DNA of 62,060 nt, counting the filler, from Sphacelaria rigidula (lineage: Eukaryota), in assembly GCA_964200075.2 (NCBI GenBank). It is 11 parts of 11 records of this genome, joined end to end, with 100 filler letters (N's around TTAATTAATTAA, not from the genome) between each part and the next. Parts side by side here need not be neighbours in the genome. Positions count along the whole stretch, not along the records: positions 1 to 5,551 come from CAXNAA020026394.1; positions 5,652 to 11,202 come from CAXNAA020026395.1; 9 more parts are not named here. One strand, 5' to 3'. Positions 1 through 9,894 of this stretch are shown one piece after another. The notes below the pieces were generated by a model. The model did no database searches. It saw only the letters and a list, made by a program, of their open reading frames with translations, and was not told where the DNA came from. Positions within the stretch are counted from its first letter, which is position 1. Each line of letters opens with the position of its first letter. Position numbers and translations under genes: made by a program.

Positions 1-709
1 CCCCCATGGTCTGGGGGGGACCACCCCATCCAACTTGAAGTTCCCCCCCCCCCCCCCCTCCCCATCACTCGTCGCCCAGAATGAGGTTTCCGGGAATCGG
101 GGGCGGTGAATAATGCATTCCAATCTGTAAGGCCCCTTGCTGCTGTTAGGATGTTTGCTGTTCGTGACGCAGAAAAAGACCTATGAGTTACATCATTTAA
201 TTCAATGCGACTATAGATTTCAGGATAGCGGCTGCTCTATGGGTGTTGAGGGACGGACGGAACTGCTGTCCCAGCGGCTCCCTTTCTCGCTGCAAAAACA
301 CGTGTAGGCACGGTTGCCAGTCCAACAGAGGTCTAGCGCAGGAAATGATACACGCGGTGAGTAAAAGTTGTGATACACATCTCTCTCGCGATACTCCATG
401 CAGGCGTCGTGCCGGCTCTTACCTGTCCGCATTTGTCGTTGTGCGAGACTTCTTTCGTCACGAACGCTTCGACGTGTTCACTGCGACCTTCTCAAGATCA
501 TCTTCAGCTTCTAGGGGTGCAATACTCGAGGGTGCTTGAGATTAGATGCCCGTCTTACACAGCCGACATAAAGGCCCCCCTCTGCATATGGTCGTTGCCA
601 CAAACGAGTTGCTTACCGAAGTTGAAGAGGAATTGTGCGGTAAAGCCACCAGAGAATTTGGAAACCACTTCGTTTTCGCCCCGATATCACAGGACCCGCA
701 ATCTGCATA

Positions 710-2391
710 CGAGCTGGGCCGGCCTAGACGCGAATTTGTGGTCTACAGACCGCGTCTAACCTCAATTTTGGGAGGGGGACTTACAAATTTGGTACGGAAA
801 AACAAATATAGCATGCTGAAAAAATGTCGAGCAGCACATTGACTCCTTTTTTTGGTGAGTGAGGCCGGATGTTACGACACACAGGTTTTTGGCCCACAGA
901 TTGTTCACTTTTAGGACGTTCGAGCCACTGTTTGACCCCCAAACAGGGAAAATCGCCAACACACGTCTTGGACACTTTGGGCCACCGCACAGAGAGGAGG
1001 CTAGTCTTCTTTTCAGATTCGCTTGGCTCCGAGGTTTCGAGATCGGCTGCTGAACAAAAGTTCGTGTGCGACAATCTGTGCTTGCCGACCCCCGCCAGTT
1101 TGCCCGATAATCTGTGGAGATCGCCGTAGATTTTGGTGCACACGGACTTTTGTTCAGCGGCCAATTTCGAAACCTCGAAGCCAAGCAAATCTGAAAAGCA
1201 GACTAGGCTTCTCTCTGTGGAGTGGTCCAACGTGTCCAAGACGTGTGCTCGCGATTTTCCCTGTTTGGGGGTCAAAAAGTGGCTCAAACGTCCCAAAGGT
1301 TATCAATCCGTGGGCCAAAAAATCTGTTTGCCATAACATCCGGCCTCAGTGGCAATAATCAGTACCTAGTTGTTTTTCAAATGCCGTTAACTCACAAAAA
1401 AACACTCAATGCGCCGCTTGGCAATTTTTCAGCATGCTTTATTCTTCGTATCAAATTAGAAAGTCCAACTCCCAAAATTGAGGGGAGACGGGGCGATTGA
1501 GAAACCAGGCTGAGCTTACTTCGGAACAATATTTTCCAGGCCATTTACCGGCCAAGGTTTGGTGCTTGTCTTTTGAATCTTTGGGTGGAACCTCACTAGG
1601 CCTTAATAAACTCCAAAAAGTGGGAGAGGTTGCTTTTTGCTTGTCTATTTCACTCGTTTAGGACCTTTGGGTATAGAAAATACCATATCCACGAGAACGC
1701 CAATACCTCTCTAAAAACAATTTTAGTTCCTTTTTTTCTTCCGCATGCCTTTTCGATTCTTCATGATCAGTTTCGAATCTCAACTCTCAAAATTGAACTG
1801 AAAAACTGAGATGAGGTCCGGGCGCATCATCCATCTACCCTTGAAACTCCCCTGATAAAAAAAGGAGAAGAAAAGAAAAAACGAAGAGTGTGTATGTGTG
1901 TTTTCTTCCATTATGCATTAGCGATTCTCCTTACCAAATTTCAAAGCACAACAACTCTCAAAACCTGGAACGCCATAATATCCAGATTTCGTGAATTCGG
2001 TGCCTCTTGTCATGATACACTGGTTTTAATGTGGAACCTTATGTGCGCCATATCTCAAGATAGATAGCGAATTAGGCGAAAGTGACGGACGATATCGATC
2101 TTTTTCCTGTGCTCCAGGGATTGTCCACAACAACAATCATCATTTTTCGCTGCATATATCGTTCGGGAGCTCATATAAACTTTAGTATACACGCTATCTC
2201 CGTACGGTATAGGAATTACTAAACATGGGATATAATCAACGAGAAAAAATGGCCCAGACGTTTGAGCAGATGGGCACCTTCCTCTTGATCAGACAATAAA
2301 TGCGATAATATTCAGATCACGGCTCAACTCGTCTGTCTTTATGAGATATTGCTTTGAGAGCTTAAATCCGCGTCTAGGCCGGCCCAGCTCG
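710..2391. mobile_element. Non-autonomous TIR DNA transposon, Tc1/mariner-like (TA target duplication)
   Basis: 28-bp TIR CGAGCTGGGCCGGCCTAGACGCGAATTT (710-737) matches the reverse complement of 2364-2391 with 1 mismatch; TA on both sides (708-709, 2392-2393); no transposase ORF. Confidence 0.8.
760..1483. repeat. Long imperfect palindrome (fold-back), arms about 320-350 bp, loop about 50 bp
   Basis: 760-1078 is the diverged reverse complement of 1128-1483 (ends CCTCAATTTTGGGAG / CTCCCAAAATTGAGG); mirror-image ORFs 859..1053(+) and 1154..1339(-) show the same symmetry. Confidence 0.92.
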
Positions 2392-2794
2392 TACGAAATT
2401 ACCAAGCACCACTCTCACAAAATGAGACGCGAAGTGAATCTGGTGCCTCTGCTCGCAATATTTATATTCTAGTATGGAACCTTATGTGCGCCATATCTCG
2501 ACATAGATAATGGCTTGCGCGAAGGTGGGGATATCGATCGCTTCCCCGTGCTCCAAGGAGTGCCCGCACCAAAAATCGTCATCATACCCTGTATATATAA
2601 TTCGGGATTCCATATAGGCTTTAATATGGCCGCTATCTCCGCACATTATTGGAATCACTAGACATGGGGTTAATCAACGAGAAAACATTGGCCCAGAATT
2701 TTGAGCAGACGCGCACCTTCCTCTTCATCAGACCGTTACTCCGGTATGCGGATCACGACCCAACTCGTCTATGTCGATGAGATATTGCATCGAG
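1991..2794 (+). repeat. Two diverged direct copies of a ~365-bp unit (1991-2358 and 2434-2794)
   Basis: Shared collinear blocks TGGAACCTTATGTGCGCCATATCTC, TAATCAACGAGAAAA, GCACCTTCCTCTT and ATGAGATATTGC. Confidence 0.9.
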
Positions 2795-2851
2795 TGATAC
2801 AAACAAACGACAGTCTCCAGTTGTTGTCAACATTTTCTTGACTCTACAGTG

Positions 2852-2963
2852 AACAATGTTTTCGTGAGATTAAGAATCTACGATACGATTGAGAGCAGGC
2901 TTTTCATGGCTTTCAGCGGCCGGGTGTGTCTGCATCATTAATGGACGAAACGCTTACCTCGCA
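2852..2963 (+). mobile_element. Terminus of a young interspersed TIR-element family (CAATGTTTTCGTGAGATT...)
   Basis: 112 bp with 2 mismatches to 33695-33806; related terminus at 16787-16832; the same motif forms both inverted ends of the element at 7191-7653. Confidence 0.75.
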
Positions 2964-3635
2964 CATTGGTGCAAAACCCTGTCGGCAAACCTGTTGACGT
3001 TTCTCTACTATTCATGCGAAAACGCTTCGTCGCGACCTTGGGGGAGAATCTTGGCGCGGTAACTGTTGATACTTCACTACTCTCCATGTGCAAAACTGTC
3101 GATGTCATGCTTGTTTTCGTGTGAATAGTACACAATGGTGAGACAAATTTCGTGAAGTGTTCCCGACAAGACACGCGAAGTAGTCTTGAAACCGTCTCGG
3201 GAATCAAGGTATCACTGTAACTCACGGAGCACCATCCCTCAATCCGGATACGTGCAAGCGATTGTCTGGCGAATAAACAAGTAGTGTGGCGAGGGAATAA
3301 TACGCTTGTTCGCATTTTCGAGCAAAAACTAACCTTTTCTTTTGTGTAAATGACGCATCTGGCGGCGAAAGCCCCCCCCCCCCCATTGGCGGGAAACACC
3401 CGCTACGACAGAATCAAGCCGTCAACATCGATTTCCTGCATTATTGTCGCCGTCGTCTTCTACCCTGTTTCTTTCATCGACGCCTAAACAACAACGACGA
3501 CTGGAATGGCAGCAGGCAATCAGAACTCGAAGACAGTCCACAAGTGATCTCAACACACGAACATCACCAGAGGATCGCGAATGATGTCTACGTTACCAAA
3601 AAGACTAAATGAAATGCCTCGTCGCACAGGGACGG

Positions 3636-4263
3636 TTATTCCGTTCGTGATGGGACATAATCAAGGTCCTGATCGTCATCAGCACCACCGTCCGAACTAC
3701 CGTCGTCGCCGTTAGACTCTTTTTCGCCGCCCCGTTTCGTCTCGCCATCAACCGTACCGTCTACTACGTCTCTATTGGGCGAACCGCCCTGGGAACCAAC
3801 ACCTTGCACATCCGCCTTCCCCTCGAAAATTGAATATCGGCAAAGCAACTCCTCTCCCATACCAATAGCGCGTATGGCGTTGAACATTATGCCTGCAATG
3901 CTGTTTCGCAGTATCGACTTCGTCTCTTGAAGATCAACTACGGAGGTGTCGTGCTCCTTGGCGAAGACACTGCTGGGTACAACATTCGTGTCGTCCTCGA
4001 CAGGTTCGGACGAGTTCATGTAATACAGGAAGGTCCTACGCTCGGGTTTCAGGTACAACGTCGAACCCTCGTTCGACACCTCCCATGGCTGCAATAACTT
4101 CAAAAACTGAGGCGCTTTACAGATTTCGTATCTAGACACACCATCTATTTCCATCGCCTGCCCTAGCTGAAGTAAATCGCACACCACAAAGGAACCCATC
4201 AACGCCATAGGCGGTGAATCTTCGGGCTTCATCGCCTCGACCGCAAACAGTCCCAGGCCTCCC
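3636..4263 (-). CDS. Last exon of a SET-domain protein with an acidic tail
   Basis: Reading upstream of the tracked ORF gives GGLGLFAVEAMKPED (SET GxGLFA motif), then YYMNSSEP..NV (RFxNHS-like) and FNAIRAIGMGEELLCRY (AxRxIxxGEELxxxY); CAG acceptor at 4266-4264. Confidence 0.85.
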
Positions 4264-4644
4264 CTGCTCGGTTCATGACCAAACGTGCGAGCACGGAGAG
4301 GGGGTGCGAGAGAGTTCGGGGATGGATACGTGAGGATGGAATCGGAACAGTTGCAGGCCGGTCGTCGAGTCGATCGAAAAAAATCACGATGTTTGTCCTA
4401 TTTCGTGGGACGGATGTGGACTGTGCTGACAGTATCATCCGCAGCAGCGGAACAGTTGTGTTCGCGATTCATTTTCACCAATATTTATTATAGAGCTCTC
4501 GAGGGGGGCAGCTATTCTCGGTATTCCGACTTGTCGCCAGCGTTGCTTCGACACTTCCTACGATAGCCTCCCTACGTTTGTATTTGCATATGCACGAGCA
4601 ACATTAAAACAATGAGTCGCAACCCGACAGCCTTTAGAGGTCAC

Positions 4645-5050
4645 CTTAATTTCCAAACCGTACAACCGAGCATGATCCCTGGCCACCTCGAGCGCCAAAT
4701 CCTGGTTTTCCTTCGTCACCCCATCATCGTCGTCGTCGTTGTCATCGTCGTCGACCATGTTGACGTCGATGGCTTGCTCTTGAGCAAGGATAGACTTTGA
4801 GTAGTTCGAGGTTGGGACGCACTTCGGCAGACGAGTTGGTCCAACCCCTTTCGGCGGTTGAGTTAGTTGGGCGAACTGTCCACCCTGAAGTGCTTGCTCG
4901 CATGCTGCGTCCAGCACTCTAAAAACCTCAGCCTCCTCGGTGTCGTCGGAGACGACGGTGATGATGGTTCGCCCTGAACCCAGAACCACATCAGCCAAGC
5001 TTTGTCGGTCTGCGCCCGTCACCAAGACAGCATATCCTGTTCTGGAGAAC
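4645..5050 (-). CDS. Internal exon of the SET-domain gene (MTase-like segment, acidic linker, first SET strand LYGLEIK)
   Basis: Open frame between a CAG acceptor (5053-5051) and an AAG|GTGACC donor; joins in phase with the upstream exon to give EYFIKRFSRTGYAVLVTGADRQSLADVVLGSGRTIITVVSD. Confidence 0.65.
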
Positions 5051-5316
5051 CTGTGATGCCGGCAAGATGGACGTCATCGGCGGTTTTAGTCGAAAAAACG
5101 GCTGGAAAGGGTAGCAAATATCGAGCTCATCGCGTCGGTGTCGGAATTTCCATTGGTACGGACTTCTTGAGTCTACTACTGTCCCGCCATCATTACATGT
5201 ACATATCTGTACCCGTTTGTCGTCAGTTTCCGCGACTGTAGTACACAACGAGTATATTTGGCGGTGGCGGGACCGTCCCGGTCCGATGTCGCTTCATTCG
5301 TGACGTGTATTCTCAC

Positions 5317-5551
5317 CGTTTAATGAAATATTCCGCCGTCGGGGCCACCAGGAATGTGCCGCTGTCAGGTTGCTTCTGTGAAACGATGACGTTCGCGGCC
5401 TCCATAACCTCCAGAAACCCCGCCCATTCAGTTGGCGGGGCTGCGCGGGAGCCCCCCCGTCTGGCCCCTGTCGGTCGACATACGTAAGTCGGCGACTTGT
5501 GGGGCAATGAGCGCCACTGCGCCGTGTGAAGGGAGGTCTTGCTTCTTGCCG
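5317..5551 (-). CDS. Upstream exon of the SET-domain gene, truncated by the contig end
   Basis: Open frame to the contig edge ending APTAEYFIKR at a CG|GTGAGA donor, phase-compatible with exon 4645-5050. Confidence 0.6.
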
Positions 5552-5651
5552 NNNNNNNNNNNNNNNNNNNNNNNNNNNNNNNNNNNNNNNNNNNNTTAAT
5601 TAATTAANNNNNNNNNNNNNNNNNNNNNNNNNNNNNNNNNNNNNNNNNNNN
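5552..5651. other. Artificial contig linker (first of 10; others at 11203-11302, 16854-16953, 22505-22604, 28156-28255, 33807-33906, 39458-39557, 45109-45208, 50760-50859, 56411-56510)
   Basis: Identical 44N + TTAATTAATTAA (stops in all six frames) + 44N spacer; the intervening segments are all 5551 bp (last 5550). Confidence 0.99.
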
Positions 5652-5679
5652 CCGTGAGTCCTCAGTGGCATAACTTATG

Positions 5680-6145
5680 AATCGAACCGCTAAAAAGACA
5701 CGGATTTCCACGGATTAATTTGTTCTGAATGCGGGATAACTCAGAATTCGAAGTATGAAAATATCATTCTGGATAAGCAATTCGCCGATACGGTTCTGAA
5801 CGTCTGCACTCCGTACTCTATCCGTGCGTTCTCCGTAGCATATCTCAGATCAAACCGCCGAAAATCCACGGATTTCCACGGACGAAATTGTCCCGCATGC
5901 CGGATAACTTAGAAATCAAAGTATAAAAATTATCGTTCTGTACAAGCGATTCGCCTAAATGGTTCTGAAATTGTACTCCGTACTTCATTCGTGCGTTCTC
6001 CGTAGCATCACTCAGACCATTCCGCTGAAAAACCACAAAATCTCACGGATAAGTTGTTCCGAATGCCGGGTGAACTGGAATTCGAAGTTCAAAAATATTG
6101 TTCTGGATAAGCACTTCGCTGATACGGTTCTGACATTCTGCTGTG
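5680..6145 (+). repeat. Diverged tandem repeat, period ~168 bp, about 2.8 copies
   Basis: Units start near 5680, 5848 and 6016 and share CACGGATTTCCACGGA, TTCTGGATAAGCA, GGTTCTGA and CGTGCGTTCTCCGTAGCAT. Confidence 0.88.
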
Positions 6146-6721
6146 AACATGCAAACCGCGCTTTGCACGGACACACGCGCGCTCGCACCCACCCACCCCC
6201 CCTACACACACACACACGTGCGCCTCGAGCTGGAAGGCGTAATTCGAACTTGGGGTCAAGATCTCCCTTTTCAGTTGGAAACTTTGTGCTGCTATTGCTA
6301 TCATTCTTGAGGAATGTATTCCATGCTCTTTGTTGTGGTGGATAGTTCTGGGTCTAGCGCTGCTGCTGTTGCGCGTCTGCCACCCCGCCCCCCGTCACCC
6401 TGTCCTGTAAAGTGGTATTCAAAATTTAAATGTGTACTGTTCATTATTCTCGTTTGATTATTTTTTTTCTTCAAGGGATTCGACCTTACATGTGCGCTAT
6501 TTAATCTCCCGTCCCCCCTGTCCAGCAGCTGGAAGTCAAGGCAAAACAACTACTTTCGTACTTTTTGGTATTAATCCGCGGATATCCGTACATTTTTCGC
6601 GGATACCCGTATCGGTTTCACGGATTACTGCGACGGTGCACCGCGGGGAATTGCCGCGGTTTGTGCGGATTGTTCCACGGAGGGGGGCAATCCGCTCCGT
6701 GAAAAAATCCATGCCACGGAT

Positions 6722-8021
6722 TAGGGTTGCTCATCAACTTTTCGGGGGGGTTAATTTGATTCTTGATTATTTCGTCCAAATCGGCTTGATAATCAATCAT
6801 GATTGTCGGTAGGAAGTATTCACCGCGCACACCCACGCATGCGCACGGTCAGATCAGCAGTGTTCGGTTCAATACCCCAGCTGCATGGGCATCGTGCGCT
6901 TCGTCTTCCTCTGGTCCTTGTGTTGTACTTCGTGTGTTGTTTGCCTGAAGCAACATGTTTGCAACAGCAAGAATGCTATCGGGTTATCGTGCCTGTAGTG
7001 TACCCGGTATGCACCTTTTACCTTCTTCTACCTCAAAGTAAATGTCGATGTGTCAAATCGTGGGTCCGTGCGTGCGCATGAGTACACCTACTACCACACA
7101 CCATACGTACATACCCACTAGATATCTGTATATGAAAACCACCCATTTTTCAATATATAGGTCTAGTGTGCTGCTATGTTACAACTGACTATATTCGTGA
7201 GATTCAGAGTGTAGCATCAGATTCAGAGTGAGACCCGAAACAATAAACTTTCCCATCGATTTTGACAGCTCCACAGTTCGAGGAGTAATGCGCCCAGCTG
7301 TTAAAGCGGTGGCTTCAATGAAAGCTGTCATCTACACGATCAATTTGACACATTGACACATCACTTGATCGTAACGACGTAGTCAGTCCATTGCAACAAA
7401 ATATCTCCTTTTTAAGGAAAAACCGATAAGTGCCTGAACCAGTTTCAGTTCCGAAATGCCCCCCCACCAGGCGTGAAAATGCATTGTGCGGTATCTCACC
7501 AACCAGACCGCCGAATTCCTCGAATGGAGTACTGTACGGTAGCTGAATGCACAGGACGTGTGCTCAAGCAAGAGAAGAAGAAAAAAGTTGCCTGTAAGGA
7601 ACGCTAGAGCATCCACTCTGAACCCGATAGTACGCTCTGAATCTCACGAATATGGTGTTGACTGATGTACCATTACTTTGCAGTGAGAGTAATATTTCGT
7701 ACAAATCCGATCCCCTGTCATCAGTGCGTGGTAAAAAGAAAAGCTCATGTTCCAGAGCCCGGCAGCAATCTCCACTAGGGTAGCGGTGTGATTGGTTGCT
7801 CCGCAGGCAAAAAATGGCGTTACACGACGCGAACGCCTGCTCCTTTCCCCCCAAAATCAACAAATCAATAATAAATCGAGTTAATTATGAATGATTTGAT
7901 TGTTGTTGACTAGTTGATGACAATCAACTATTCATAAGAAAGTTGATGCGATGTTGATGCATAATCAAATCAAGATTTTAATCATAACCACCCGTGTTCA
8001 TAAATTTGGTAAGCAACCCTA
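6722..8021. mobile_element. Non-autonomous hAT element, 1300 bp, with an 8-bp TSD
   Basis: TIRs TAGGGTTGCT...AGCAACCCTA; perfect flanking direct repeat CCACGGAT at 6714-6721 and 8022-8029; ATCAA/TTGAT subterminal repeats at both ends. Confidence 0.92.
7191..7653. mobile_element. MITE nested inside the hAT element
   Basis: ~40-bp imperfect TIRs: ATATTCGTGAGATTCAGAGTGTAGCATCAGATTCAGAGTG and the reverse complement of 7614-7653; no clear TSD. Confidence 0.8.
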
Positions 8022-8810
8022 CCACGGATATCCGCTCCGCAATAATCCGTGACATTTTCATTGGCGGATATCCGCCCCGTGAAAATTCGTGACTTTTCCC
8101 ACTGACGGACATCCGCTCCGTACCATATAAACAAAATCCGCACCGCACCGTGACATTTTCGTTGGCGAATATCCGCTCTGCAATAATCTGGGACATTTTC
8201 AGTGGCGGATATCCGCACCGTACATACGGATATCCGCCCCGCTCCGCTCCGTGAGGTTTCGAAAAAAAGAAATCCGCACCGCGGAGCGGATTGTCCTCCG
8301 TACACATCCCTGATATTTACACATCCCTGATATTTAGCTACTACTGTTGAACGTCGGCAGCTGACCTTCAAAAGTAGCTCAATATTACGATAGCTTCTGA
8401 ACGTTTTTTTCGTCGTCCTAAACGGCGTTTTAGCTTCTAACGTTATAGTTAGATCGTCATCCGTGAATTGTTGTCATGTTGACATCAACTGTGCTTTCCT
8501 TCATCCACAGTCCTTCACATTTCCGGCTCCGATGTGGTTCTCAATTCAACTCGAGACTTAAGTCTACATGAATTGAAGACTTTGGATTTCGAGATTTTAA
8601 TTGAACGGCTTTCGATCGTCGCTCTTTCGTGCGCTATTTCGTGCAGCTTTCAAGCAACTGCAACAACGTTGCAACCGTTTACACGACAGGTGTTCATCTA
8701 CACGCCACAAACTTCTCCCATAGAATCTGTCCTCCTTCTTTCCAACATCACCGTCACTTTTGGTAACATTTCTCATAAGTCTAAACGTCATGACACCACA
8801 TTGCACCGAA

Positions 8811-8850
8811 GGACAAGGGGGCCGTAGGCCCCCGCGTCCGAAGCCCTTGT
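8811..8850 (+). mobile_element. GC-rich hairpin resembling a Helitron/Helentron-type terminus
   Basis: Stem GGGGGCC-GTA-GGCCCCC (8817-8833) within ACAAGGG...CCCTTGT inverted repeats, followed by an AT run. Confidence 0.45.
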
Positions 8851-9894
8851 AAATATATATTATCTTTCGCGCGGGTACTACATATACGTCTTCTTCTCTT
8901 TCCTTTTTAGCCTTCGACAGCGTGTTCCATTTTTTCCACTCTGGTGCCCTACCACTTGGATCCCTCTACATTTCCCTGAATTCTTGTTCGAAATTTTTCG
9001 CATTTCCTGTAGCCTTTCAGCTTGGCACCTGACCTGCACCAACAACTCGTGTTTCAGTCGACCGTTGACAGCTGCCTTCTCTTGAACTCCTGCACCTCAG
9101 TTCTCTGTTTCACACTTTAGTCGCCGCACTTTTAATTCTCTTTCTGTCTGGACTTTCACAGATAATTACACGTCGCCACCTTTTTTTTAGCGACGTATTC
9201 TACATTAGTATTGGTGCCTCCTTCGGTGGTCTCGAGTAGTGTTTTTACACCTCCTGTGTGCGATATTTTCTTACTTGCACCACTGCAATACCCTTCTCCA
9301 GTGTGTGCCTGATCACTACGTATACCTGTCATCTTTGCCGTGCACAGCACGCTCGTAGGACATTTGTCCAAGTGTCTGTCTCCTTTCACAGTCACCTCAT
9401 TGCTAGGTTTTACTCTAACACCAACCCCTGTGCGATCACTATTAGGTTTCTCTCCGTATATCTGTGAGCTTGTTTCCTTGCGACTATTTACGCCTTGGTA
9501 CACTCTCCGCGCGCCCCCTCTACTCCCCCATATACAGTTTTCTCTGAAAGTGTCTTATTTCCGCCGCAGATTCTCCCTTTTTGACGCTTAATCATCTCTA
9601 CCTTTTGCGCTGCTGTTTGCCTTTTGGTACTTGGAATTGCCGTGATTACGTTGTTTGATTATTTATTATCACAGCAGTCTACTCTAGTTTGGTGTAACTC
9701 TGTTTCTAAAATTCTGTGGTCTTTACGGCTTACTTGTTTCCTCTTTTTTTTTTTCGGTACTTACCATCTCCTGCCGAGTCTACACTACCTCCTATTATTA
9801 TTATCCCAGAGCCTTTATACTCTGGTATCTGACGTCTATTTCTACTTCTTCACCTTGATATGTAACAACCGCAGAAAATAACTTTTCCTCGGTA

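Larger units (their letters stand above)
6570..8312. mobile_element. hAT-like non-autonomous host element rich in CGGATATCCG/ATCCGC motifs (left end not found), interrupted by 6722-8021
   Basis: Many ATCCG/CGGAT motifs at 6570-6721 and 8022-8300; ends in ACATCCCTG (reverse complement CAGGGATGT, Ac-like terminus), which is locally duplicated at 8318-8329. Confidence 0.6.

Noticed and set aside
762..1500. Cluster of mutually similar short ORFs on both strands
   Set aside because: A consequence of the palindrome; no coding signal.
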